Of a stretch of DNA of 64,000 nucleotides, positions 13,571 through 24,800 are shown piece by piece (within the stretch, counting starts at the first letter, position 1; each line of letters starts with the position of its first letter). The notes beneath the pieces were generated by a model. It made no database searches. It saw only the letters and a list, made by a program, of their open reading frames with translations, and was not told the origin of the DNA. The position numbers and the translations under genes are program-made. The stretch is taken from contig CM060733.1 in the NCBI GenBank assembly GCA_030704615.1, positions 35,092,001 through 35,156,000 on the forward strand. The letters run 5' to 3'. The DNA comes from Takakia lepidozioides. Its lineage: Eukaryota > Plantae > Bryophyta.

Positions 13571-14681
13571 GTAGATGGTAGATAGTTTGGAGTGACTTTG
13601 ACATGATACTGCCAAAGTGACAATAAAAAAGTATCCATAAACAGGTAACAGTAGCAGACGCAATTCAGCATAGGCACTAAAGGCAAACTCTCCTTCCCCG
13701 GAAAGGTGTGTGTTGGTATATGAGCGAATAAATATTTTATCTAAGAATATAATTTCAAAAATTCGTTATTTAATAATGTGCCACTGTCCCATGTTGGTCA
13801 AAAGTAATAAATAATAATAATAATTATTATTATTATTATAGTAATTGTAATAACAATAAATTAAATCCCCAAACCCCCCCCCCCCCCCCACAGCGACGCG
13901 TGTCAATTGACATGAGGAACCACGTGTCAAAATCACGATGCGACACATGTTGACGTCTGATTCCCTCCTTTGCAGTCAAATGGCGTCGCAGTCTGACACG
14001 TGGCGTGTTCTGTAGAGAGCACGTGTCTCTCTTACACAGCGGCTGACATGGACCCGTTCAGTCATTCAGTAAAGCCAGCATGTATGACTACCCCCACAGC
14101 TGCTCAGGCGCCACGTCACAGCCAGGCTGGCGAGTCATATCTGCCGTGCCACAACTGACTAGGGTTTTACGACTGCAGAGTCATGAAGTCGTAAATGGCT
14201 TTCATAACTGCATTTGCAGTCATAACATAGAGTCGTAAAAGCCGCAATCTGTTGTAGTGAGTGTTGGGCATCCCTCAGTTCTCACTGAGTTATGAGTTGG
14301 GTGTTGAGCTCGAGAGTTTCTTGCCGCCTGACAAACCAAGTCCCCTACGATTGTGGGAATTTGTAAAGGGAGGGACGTCGCTAGCAAATCTACGACCCAG
14401 AATTCCTCCTGCCCCTACCCGAGATCCCACTTGGGAATAACTGATCACTGGCATTGCTCATTCTGATTTTCTGTTTTGCGTAAATGATGTGGTAGTGTTT
14501 CCAAGGGTTTGTTTTCGCCGTGAGACCGTGGATTTGTACAAGCCCGAAGCAACTAAGAGCTATCCTGCTCACACTCTACTGGTAAAGGAAAAGGTGGTGT
14601 GTAGTGTGAATGCAGGGGAGTGACATTGAAATTTTTATTTTTACTCACTGAGATTCTTCATTTCTACAAAAGAAGGGACCG

Positions 14682-15370
14682 TGTCGTGCGCATACATATC
14701 GCTACACAAATACATCGCTGTCCAAAACCACACAACACATGTGCACGCACGCCACACACTAGTATACCACTAGTCCACCACTAGTCCAACCACTAGTCCA
14801 ACCACTAGGCTACAACTAGTCAGTCACTAGGCTGCCACTATGTTGCCCACTATGGCAGTCACTAGTCCACACAATAATAAAGAAGAAGAATACAAGCACA
14901 AGCTCATGCGAGCTCACAAAGCTGAAGCATAAACTCATGCATAAATAAACTCATCACTCAAATACAAGTCAAGCCAAGTGCACCCCACGCCATGGGGAAT
15001 CCACACTACGGCGCCATAGCTAGGCGCGGTGAGGCTCAACTCGAGAAAGATGAGCCTCCCGCGCTTGCCGTGAAGATAACCACTCCAGGGCCTAAATCTG
15101 CCTTGACCCCTGGATTGACACTTGGGCCAATCCCAAATGTCAATATGTAAAAGCTAGCTATTTCCTAGCTAGTTTCACACTAGTGGTAAAATAACTTGAC
15201 AGCTGTCGTGCGCATACATATCGCTACACAACTACATCGCTGTCCAAAACCACACAACACATGTGCACACCACACACTAGTATACCACTAGTCCACCACT
15301 AGTCCAACCACTAAGCTACAACTAGTCTGTCACTATGTTGCCCACTATGGCAGTCACTAGTCCACACAAT
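14682..15370 (-). repeat. 3' repeat block of the Gypsy-DNMT element: A1 (15370-15204), gc, B2 (15201-14882), A2 (14875-14682)
   Basis: A is duplicated (tgtcgtgcgcatacatatcgctacac...actagtccacacaat, rich in ACTAGT). B is nearly identical to 22091-22411. The junction GACAGCTGTC at 15198-15207 is palindromic. A PPT-like TAGGGGGGCG lies just 5' of A1 on the minus strand (15371-15380). Confidence 0.9.
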
Positions 15371-15471
15371 CGCCCCCCTAGCTGGTGCTTAGGTCCCTCT
15401 AAGTCCAGGTAGCCACAAGATGTGATAGTGACCATAGCCTCACTAAGTCCTCCATCATTGTCCCTACTACC

Positions 15472-16200
15472 TCAAACTCGATAGATCAAGAGGTCGGATG
15501 CAAGAGTTGCCCCATCGTTAGTCGCCGTCTTGCAACCTGTGAACTTGAGAAGAAAATATGGTGAAAAGGAGGCAAGTGATGCTTGTTTGCTGAACCTGTA
15601 GCCCATGGCTAACCAAGACACCTGAATATCCCAATCTCCTAAGTGTCCCTTCTGCAAGCCATACTTACACAAACCCCTCTTCACCGTCTGAACGACTCGC
15701 TCTGCCAAGCTATCGGCCTCAGGATAATCCCGAGAAGTGGTGCAGTGGTCTATCAAGGCTTTATGACACAAAGCCTGAAACTCCCCCAAGAACTCTCTCC
15801 CTTGGTCCGTGAGTACCTCAGCTGGAGCACCGAATCGGCTAATCACACGATCCAAGAATACATACGCAGCCCCCTCACTAGCCTTGTCAGGCAATGGAAC
15901 CAACTCAATCCACTTGGAGAAGTGCTCCACCATCACCAACACATATCTGTGGTGGCGCATAGTCAGTGGCAACGGTCCTGCGAAGTCAAGACTTCACCTG
16001 TAGCCCAATCCCATGATTGGTAATGATGCAACTGTGGTGTAGGGGTGTTGAATGAAGCACGCACCCTGTCACACATCATGCCCACCTAGCCAATGCTCTG
16101 TATGCATACCACGCCACCAATACTGCCCCTGCAGTAAATTGTGAGTGTGTCGCACTCCAAAATGCCCCAACTCCTCATGGGCCCGCACCCGACCATCCTC
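15472..16200 (-). pseudogene. Gypsy integrase (HHCC zinc finger plus rve DDE core), truncated at the C-terminus
   Basis: HEELGHFG...YWWRGM...CDRV; DFAGPLPLT...VMVEHFSKWIE...RFGAPAEVLTDQGREF...LAERVVQTVK. Confidence 0.92.
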
Positions 16201-16527
16201 ACCCGACCATCCTCCCATACTCGGAGTAGGTATATCCCCTCCCACTTGAACCTCTTGGCTCGTTGCAGGATCCGATCCCTCTCCTTGTCAGTCACAGTGG
16301 CTGCTGTATCTCCAGTACGGAGGTAGTCACACACAGCCGCATCCTCATATATATCTCGGGTACCACCTGGCTCATCACTAGCCTCAGGGTCCTCAGACAC
16401 TCCATCTATAGTCATCCCTGTTGTAGGTCCAACCTGACCCCCAGATGCCAAGATATACAAAAAGGCAGATGCATGCCATCCCGGCACCATCTCCTCGGCC
16501 GTCTCACCATGCCACCGAGCTCCGGTG

Positions 16528-17628
16528 TCATCCTGCTGGCTCGTGCATGGATTGCGACTCAAATCCATCCGTATCCCGATTGACCAAACCCGGTCGATGC
16601 ACAACCTGAAAGTCATACTCTTGGAGTATGAGTGCCCACCGTGCAAGCTTCCCCGTAAGCTTATCTGACTCCATCAACCACTTGAGTGGCTGGTGATCCG
16701 TGACAAGGGTGAAGAGATTGCTGTATAGATAGCACGTGAAGTGTACCACGGCCCACACTGCAACTAAGCACTCTCCCTCATATGAGCTGTACTTATCATC
16801 TGCAACATTGTTCGATTGGCTAGCATAAGCCACTACTAACTCTCTTCCCTCATCATCCACCTGTGTGAGCACCGCTCCAAGCCCCAGCATGCTCCAATCC
16901 GTATGCAGCTGAAAGGGACATCCCCTGATAGGTCGTCTCAGGATAGGCGCCGAGGTTAACCTCGCCTTGAGCTCTTGAAAAGCTCGTTCCTGCTCATCTT
17001 CCCACTGCCACTCCTGGTCCACCTTGTTCAGCTTGGTTAGAGCCTTTGCAATAGCACTAAATCCCTTGACAAACCGTCTAGAATAGTTTGCCAACCCCAT
17101 GAAAGCTCAAACTCGGCTCACATCCGTGGGGCATGGAATTTGTGCAATGGCCTCTACCTTAGTTTGCTGTACCCCCAATCCTCCAGGATATATCATGTGA
17201 CCCAGATACTCAATCTGGTTGTGGAAAAACTTGCATTTCCCCGGATGCAACTTCAATCCGCGCGCTCTCAAGCGCTCCAATACCACCTGAAGATGTCTCT
17301 CATGCTCCTCCATCGTAGCACTAAAGATGATGATGTCATCTATGTAACACCGAGCAAAGTCCACCCCTGCTAGAATCCTATCCATGACTCTCTGAAACTC
17401 TGCAAGAGCATTCTTAAGCCCAAATGGTAAGAACCGCCACTGATATAGGCAATCATTGTCGTGCTCATTGATCCCCCAGAATATTGTCTTCTGCTTGTCC
17501 GCCTCCTTGATCGGCAACTGGTGATATCCGGATCGTAAATCCAAAGTGTTAAAGACCTTAGCAAGCCCGATGGTATCAAAGATCTCCTCTGGTGTTGGCA
17601 TTGCATACTTATCGGACTTGTCTGACAA
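16528..17628 (-). pseudogene. Gypsy reverse transcriptase plus RNase H (frameshifts and stops)
   Basis: LDLRSGYHQL, LPFGLKNA, CYIDDIIIFS, KCKFF...YLGH; RNase H LHTDWS...VVAYAS...EGECLVAVWAV...TDHQPLKWL...LARWAL. Confidence 0.95.
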
Positions 17629-18359
17629 TTTTACAGCCGGTAATCACCGCACATACGTCTCTCCATCCAATTGCCATAGACATCCTTCTTGGCTGGCATC
17701 ACTGTGGCTGCAGCATACTCTCCACCAGAGAGCTCCACCAAACCAGCCTCCTAGAGATCTTGAGTCCTCATCTGAATCAAAGACCTCTTCATGTCACTGT
17801 ATCTATAGGGTCTCCGAAAGATTGGTGTGTCAGTGGCCAACTCAATACAAATCTCTTGACCCTTCAGTGCTCCCAAGTCTTTCAAACTGAAGGCAATGCA
17901 ATTCAAGTAAGCTTTCAGGAACCGCCATATACGTCATCTCTCTCCTCCGGTGACAATGGGTCCAATGTCAGGCTCCCAATTGTCCTCCGTAACTGCAACC
18001 TTAAGTCTAGTGGGCTTAGAGGTAGAGGACGCGTCTAGTGGTTGCTATGTTGCAACCTCTTGAGTAGTATTCCCTGCCTGCTCAGTCAATGACAAGGCCT
18101 CATCCTGCCCCATCATCTCATCCTCGAGGACTTCCTCAACCCGAGAAAAATCCCCAACCTCATCCATCACCGCTGCCTTGGCTGCCAACTCCCTCTGAAC
18201 CTCGAGCACCTCCCACGTGTGCCATGGATGCCTGCACCCCGTGGTCCTCTCATGTTTGCCCCCACTCACTGCCTGTACCGTCTCGGTAGGCAGAGAGACC
18301 ATCGAGGGAAGTGTACTCTGCACTCTGCATTGCTCAGCCATAGCCAAGCTGATAATCCC

Positions 18360-19380
18360 GGTTAAGCAATTGAGATCCATTACTTGCCCCAACACCTGAC
18401 GACGTGATGCCTCAGAAAGAGACGGCACCGCCGTGGTAAGACCCATTGCCCGCTCACGCTCGTCAGCATTAGGCTCCACTAACTGCTGCAACTGAGCATC
18501 CCACAGGAAGCCAGGTCCATTATTCCGGAAAGCATGCGATCCTGGGAAGTTGAGCAGTGTAGATAATGCTGCTCGTGGTTGACCCACCTTGTTGACCACT
18601 GCCAAAAGCGAACAGTCATCATGTCTCACACACTGAGACTGCCTCCCTGTGTCCAAAATGCTATCCACTGTGAGGTGTGCTGCCGCTGCACCCCATCAAA
18701 TGCACGCTTGAGCAGTGCGGGTGGCATCAAGTTAGTCCACCATAGCCGTGGACGATGAGCCCGTGACCCCACTGTAGCTGCATCTAGCAACACTGCTGCC
18801 CAAGCCACGACCGGACTTGATGCACACCTGGAGGTGGTTTCGCAGGTGGCTGACCCTGTTGAGGAGGACGACAGGGAGCTTTCTGACCAGGCCATCACCC
18901 TGGCCCAAGAATCGCCCATCAGTGGCACATTCTCCAAGATGTATGCTGGAGATACAGCTTGATGAAGCTGCAAGTGGCGCAAAACCCGCACCATCTCCCA
19001 AAACAGACCCGACCTTGAGTCTCGCAATCCATTGCCATGCCCGGCTGATGAATGCCCTTGGCAGGGCCAACCTGCCACTACCAGATCAATGGAGCCAACC
19101 CGCTCCAAATCCTGCACCCCCAGCAACGAAATGTCTACTGGCAAGGCCTGCTGATATCCACGAACTGCAGACACCAGCAACAACTCAGGGTACTGCTGCA
19201 CCAACTGAGCAACATGGCGAAGTGAACGTGTCGTGCAGTCTCATCCCTCTCCATATACAGGTAGCGCTGAACTCGTATACCTACCTGTAACACAACAGCC
19301 AATCCGGTACTGATCCCGCCAAACAAGTCCAGAAGACAAATGCCTTCATCCGGATATTGCCACACGATCGGTATGGTGTC
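18360..19380 (-). pseudogene. DNA (cytosine-5) methyltransferase domain, DNMT3-like, embedded in the retroelement pol region
   Basis: Motif I LLDLFGGI (about 19312-19335), motif IV DLVVAGWPCQGHS, GLRDSRSGLFWE, motif VI YILENV, motif VIII AHRPRLWWTNL, motifs IX/X ERERAMG...RRQVLGQVMD. Canonical order, spread over 3 frames. Confidence 0.9.
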
Positions 19381-20029
19381 CAATGGTGACAACTGAGGTG
19401 GTCCTGGTGCAATCCCCGCACTGTCCTCCTCTGTACAAAAGCCTCTACCCAGGCTTGTTGCACCCGTCAATCAGCAACCCACTGCAAATCCTTGCTCGAG
19501 CCCCACAATGGAGTATGAGCAACCATAGGAGGCAACTCCGCCATACCATGCATGTCATCCTGCTCTCCTGGAGGTGACACATCCTCTGAATGAGTGTTGC
19601 CATCCAACAACTCTCCAGGCCAAGTCACTACAGCTGTGAATGCTGCTAGTGTCGGCATCTTGCCCCGTTGGGTTCCCATAACTCCTCTTATGAACGTCAC
19701 AGGGAGCTACTCTTGTAAGGACACCCGAGCCCAAACCCGGACTGACTCTTACCTCCACCTACGGAAAGGTCTTGGCCTAATGAGAGGGTGGAAAACTACG
19801 AGGAAGAGAAGCTAAAGCAATGCCTAACCCCAGCATGCCCTCATCCCAACACTCTTTTTCTCCTCTCTTCCCTCACTTGCATGACCATGGAAATATCATG
19901 AAGATACTCCTCAAACCGCCCTCCACGAGCTTCAAAATTTGGCCTTCAAGACCGCATGCTAGTCCTCAAGCAGTCCACCAGTGCCTCCACGAGTTAGCAT
20001 AGGCCGTCCATATGTCAACACGGGCCACC

Positions 20030-20640
20030 ACAGACTAGCACAGGCCCACACAGATCACTGGTCACAGCCGTCACAACCCCACACAGGCCACAGGTCACAG
20101 CCCGTCACAGCCCAAAAGGCCATAGGCACAGCCTGTCACAGTCCATCACAGCCCCACAGGCCATAGGTCACAGCCTGTCACAGTCCCTCACAGCCCCAAC
20201 GGCCACAGGGCACAGCCAGTCATAGTCCCTCACAACCCCAAAGGCCACAGGGCACAACCAGTCACAGCCCTACACAGGTCACAGGGTCACAGCTCCATAG
20301 GCCACAACCTGTCACAGTCCCTCACAGCCAATCACAGCCCCTCATATCCCCAAAGGCCTCAGGCATAGCCTGTCACGGCCCTACACAGGTCACAGGGGTC
20401 ACAGCCCCAAAGGCCACAGGCACAGCCTGTCACGGCCCTACACAGGTCACAGGGGTCACAGCCCAAAGGCCACAGCCCGTCACAGCCCCACAGGCCACAG
20501 GGCACAGCCTATCACAGCCCGTCATAGCCCGTCACAGCCCCACAGGCCACAGGGCATAGCTTGTCACAGCCCATCACAGCCGTCACAGCCCCACAGGTCA
20601 CAGGGCACAGCCTGTCACAGCCCGTCGCAGCCCCATCCAT
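20030..20640. repeat. Degenerate tandem array of about 9-11-bp units (gtcacagcc/ccacagg) within the 5' internal region of the Gypsy element
   Basis: Continuous cacagccc / gtcacag / ggccacagg units over about 600 bp. Confidence 0.85.
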
Positions 20641-22090
20641 GGCCACTCATGACAGTTTAGCCATTTCTCGAAGGGGTTTAGCCACGCCAAGCTAGGGTTT
20701 GTGTCTCTTGGACTCTAGGCTTTTTTGCACCGAGCTATGGCGGCTGTGAGGAAATCAGCAAGGTATTCTTGCTCTTTGTGGCCCCCACACACCACCAATA
20801 GTAGCTCTAATTCCAAAGGAAGATGTTTGCAATCGAAACTAAGTGCACAAGCTTTCTTTTAACTCACAAAACAACGCCATTGATCCCTATGGCGACTAAC
20901 CAAACATGGCTTACTTCCAGCCCTTGTAGGCACTTATTCATGCGCTCTCCTTGGCTATAGAATGTGTCTTAGAGCCTATTCCAACCCCCTACACCTGCCA
21001 CTTCAAGAGCCATGCTCTATCTAGGCTTGTAGTTGAAACCCCAACTCAGAACACGCTCTACAAGTGTCGGACTGTCACATAAGAGTAGATCAGCCCCTTA
21101 CCTTCTCTTCTAGCTCTCCAAAGCTTAAAGATGGAGGCCTAACTAGGCTGAATGCATGCTCCACACATGCCCTACAGGGAAACCAACTCCTTCATTCCTT
21201 TCTTGCACTCCCAAACCTGAAAATGCAAGCCTTCAACGGGCTGAAAGCATGCTCCACACATGCGTTGCCATCACATAAGAGAAGTCAGCCCTTCCCTCTT
21301 CCTTGCTTGCCCTCCAAGCTTGAAGATGGAAGCTTCAATGGGCTGCATGCATGCTCCACACATGCATCATCTTCACACAAGAGGTAATATCAGCCCCCTA
21401 TCTTGGCTCCTTGGCTCCTTGATGCTCTCTAAGACAAGACTAAGCACTCCACAGCCTTTGCCAAGCTCCTGAAACCCTAAGGCTTACATTTCCAGCCACA
21501 AGACACTCATTTTGTGGTGCAAGAGCTCTTCATCCAAGCTCTGAAACCCTAGGTGCACATTCCATGGCCTTGCCGCACCTCTTAGCTCCTGTTCCAGCCC
21601 TGCTCTTGCCATGACAAGAGCCCTCTCAATGCTGAAGCTCGAGATTGAAACCCAATCTCAACATACTCCACAAAGTGCATTGATTTGCCCCAAGCCAAAT
21701 CAGCCCTTTCGCTTGGTCTTGCAATCCTTCACACAATGAAAGCTCGCATTCCCAAGTCCAGTTCTCAGCTTTGCCACCAAAGCCACTATAACCTGCTCTT
21801 GACTGGTCCTCTTCCCAATCGTGCTTGCTCATGCATGTACACAATCTGAAACCATCAAGGTGCTCTGGAATTACCTGCAGCATGGTGCTTTCATCTCTGA
21901 AGCTGAAGATCGAATGCCAAGGTCTACCACCTCGTAACTCAAATCGCCTCCGTTTCTAACAACCAAGAGCTCCACGGTACTCCTTGCATAACAACCTGGT
22001 TTCTCTCATTCTCAAGCAAAAACCACAAGTGCTACAACTAACTCGTATCTGGCACTTACAGATACGAGCTCATCTTTCTCGAGTGATTAG

Positions 22091-22411
22091 GAAGAAGAAT
22101 ACAAGCACAAGCTAATGCGAGCTCACAAAGCTGAAGCATAAACTCATGCATATATAAACTCATCACTCAGATACAAGTCAAGCCAAGTGCACCCCACGCC
22201 ATGGGGAATCCATACTACGGCGCCATAGCTAGGCGCGGTGAGGCTCAACTCGAGAAAGATGAGCCTCCCGCGCTTGCCGTGAAGATAACCACTCTAGGGC
22301 CTAAATCTGCCTTGACCCCTGAATTGACACTTGGGCCAATCCCAAATGTCAATATGTAAAAGCTAGCTATTTCGTAGCTAGTTTCACACTAGTGGTAAAA
22401 ATAATTTGACA
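22091..22411 (-). repeat. 5' terminal repeat B1 of the Gypsy-DNMT element
   Basis: About 320 bp nearly identical to 14882-15201; begins TGTCAAA on the minus strand; not followed by an A copy or a recognisable tRNA PBS. Confidence 0.9.
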
Positions 22412-22506
22412 ACCGCTTCATCATCTCACACTATGTATCTGGGTGGGATTCGAAGCTCAGTGCTCCCTCGGACAGGTAGTGGTTTCTCTCTACTACCTCA
22501 TGCTTG

Positions 22507-24800
22507 CACTACAGGAAAAAGGGGGGCCTTTGCGATGCCCGAGCCACGCCGCGGCCATGCCGCATCGTCGGGAAAACGCCCATTTTGGGCAAGGGGCATG
22601 TGCAGAATTTGCAACGCCTGGCCGTCGCCCGACAGTCGCATGGGCGTCGCCAAAATTTGACGTATGGGGGTCGCGAGCCCCCACCCCAACTCCCGCGACT
22701 GCCGGACGTCGCTTTTCAGGCCGTCCGCGCCGATGGCAGGGGCCTCCTTGGAGCGACGTCTCGCCGTCGCGGCCCTCCAGCCGATGACGTTGGTGAGGGC
22801 TACGGCGCGGCATTGCATCCCTTTTTTTTTTCTAACCTGCCCGGGAGTCCCATCCTAAAACCCAAAAACACGTGGCGTAAGCCGGATGGTACGCCAAGCG
22901 ACTATTGGGCATGGCAAAAAACAGCAGGAGCAGGAGTCGGGCTCCGCCACGCCCGGGCGTGGGTTTGTGCGACGCTTTGGCGTCGCTTTTGTTTATATTT
23001 AATTTAAAAAAAAAAAAAAAAACAACGTGGCGCAGGTGGGTGGTGGGCTCCGCAATGCCAGGGCGTCGCTGCTTGCGACCCTCGGACCAAAAAAATACGT
23101 CGCAGGGGGGGTCGGGCGTTGCCGCCCGCAAATGGGATTTACGACTCCCTACCATCGCGGCTTGCGACCCCCGCCCAAAAAGCACGGCGACGTGCTGCAG
23201 TCGTGTGGGCAGCCTGGTGGGGGGGGGTTGATTTTGGGGGTGAATTGGGGGTGGTTTTTGTTTTTTGCCTGGTTTTGTTTTTGGGGATGGGAGACCTTAC
23301 AGTTCCATTTATCTGATTTAGCAGGTACACAATTGAGCAAGCATGAATCGAGGGTGAGGATGGTGCGACACATGAATAAGATGGAAGATGAAAAGATGGA
23401 AATATATTTATAGGAAATGAGCTGAAAAGCTCACAAGGGTTCAGTAGGCTGACCCTGGGACCTACATGGACTAGGACTAGTCATCCTCATCCTCATCCTC
23501 AGTGGAGGACTCAGAGCTATCCGATGAACCTGATGACTCCGCGCCCTTTGCCAGTGCACCTAAATGAGGCGACGTTCTCCTAAGTCCCGCAGAGCTGTCA
23601 TCCAAACGCTGGCCATGACCCCCGACCTCATCCATACTAGTGCCACACTCATCCCCTCCGTGTTGGCCATGTTCTTCATGAGGGATTGCCAACCATGCTC
23701 CTTGGCGTAGTTGTACTCTACCGGAGATGGCTTCATCTCAAACTCGAGTTGCTACACATGCCACAAATTAAAGTCAGTTCTTCGCGATGATGGAGCCAGA
23801 AAGAAGACATAACAAAATCTATAGGGAAGTGCGACTTACAAATCGCAAGATAAAACCCTTGGATCCGCCGGCACCCCACTTGAGTGTGGATTCGTGCTTG
23901 TCAAGGCGGACTGTTGTTGCTTCGCGTGCCCGGTCAAATTTGGCCTTGTTTGCGGCATCATTCTCTCCCGCAATGAGTGCATCCCACGATACCTATGCCC
24001 TCCCCCCCCCCTAACAATTAGTGAATTACATATATACGTTGCATCGAATCCACCTCATTAATGCACATGCGACAAATGGAAGGTGACATGATTCAGGATT
24101 TGCCAACCTGTATAATTCCATGAGGTGCTTTGGGTATGGCCCCCTTTTCCATTGCCCTCCGAATGATCTGTCTGGTACGGTACCTCCTGTTCTTAAAGTT
24201 TCGCCCCACCATCTCCATCACCCTTGTGTCACTTCAATTGCCCGGAAACCGGCGGTCTAACTCACGGGCATACGTCCGCTTTGCGCCAAAGTGCTGATCA
24301 GCCCACTCGATGTGCAAAGGGAACCACCTCAAGGCGAGTTCGAAGGCTGGCTTCTTCATAGCCTCCCAGAATGCACTGCAGGGGTCACCATGGCGATTCA
24401 CCTCCATCGGTGGCACCACTATCTTTGCCAACTCCACGTCCTGTATCGCCAAGGGCATGTTCTTCTTCCCACCCTCTCCCTTCTTTGTAGCCTCCTTCCC
24501 CTGCTCTTTTTACCCCACTGCCCTCCCCCACATGCACACTCACCTCTTCCTCTCTATGGGACTTCTTCTTCTTCTTCTAAAAAGAAACAAACAACAAAGA
24601 AAATCGTGCATGCAAAAGAAAGGATAAAACATGGAACAAGGTGCGATAGTTGTACCTTTGCAAGCTTGTCCGACTCGCCCCCGGTGTCACCCGATGTGGC
24701 AGGAGTCCCCGTTGCCGGATGTGCCCGCGCTATCCCCTCCCGGAGCACCACTGGAAGTAGATTCCAGACGTGGAGCATAGCCGGCGGTGGCGCCCCGTAG
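22507..24800 (-). mobile_element. One end of a third CACTA element with decayed TnpA/ORF2-like exons; other end not identified
   Basis: CACTACAGGAAAAAGGGG at 22507, then GC-rich subterminal repeats (22520-23220). Minus-strand fragments FELALRWFPLHIEWADQH...RELDRRFPGN*...GRNFKNRRYR and an acidic tail SSESSTEDEDEDD. Right coordinate approximate. Confidence 0.5.

Larger units (their letters stand above)
9992..14259. mobile_element. Pack-CACTA element 1 (non-autonomous En/Spm) carrying PDF-motif/PPR gene fragments
   Basis: 30-bp TIRs CACTACAACAGATTGCGGCTTTTA(T/C)GACTC with 1 mismatch; 3-bp TSD AGT at 9989-9991 and 14260-14262; no transposase. Confidence 0.92.
14682..22411 (-). mobile_element. 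Ty3/Gypsy-type retroelement encoding a C5 DNA methyltransferase, with split direct repeats; decayed
   Basis: Termini TGTC...GACA; 4-bp TSD ACCG (14678-14681, 22412-22415); DNMT-RT-RNaseH-integrase order on the minus strand; repeat blocks B (22091-22411, 14882-15201) and A (15204-15370, 14682-14875). Confidence 0.9.

Noticed and set aside
14682-15201. Reading 14682-15201 as an independent solo LTR next to a separate element
   Set aside because: It has no TSD of its own (ACCG on the left, GC+TG on the right). The matching ACCG lies at 22412, so the whole 7.7 kb is one insertion.
20030-20640. CRISPR-like array
   Set aside because: Degenerate short tandem units without unique spacers, in a eukaryotic context with no cas genes.
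22406-23413. Many overlapping ORFs in GC-rich DNA (also 2578-3182)
   Set aside because: No recognisable domains; expected from GC-rich, stop-poor subterminal or promoter sequence.
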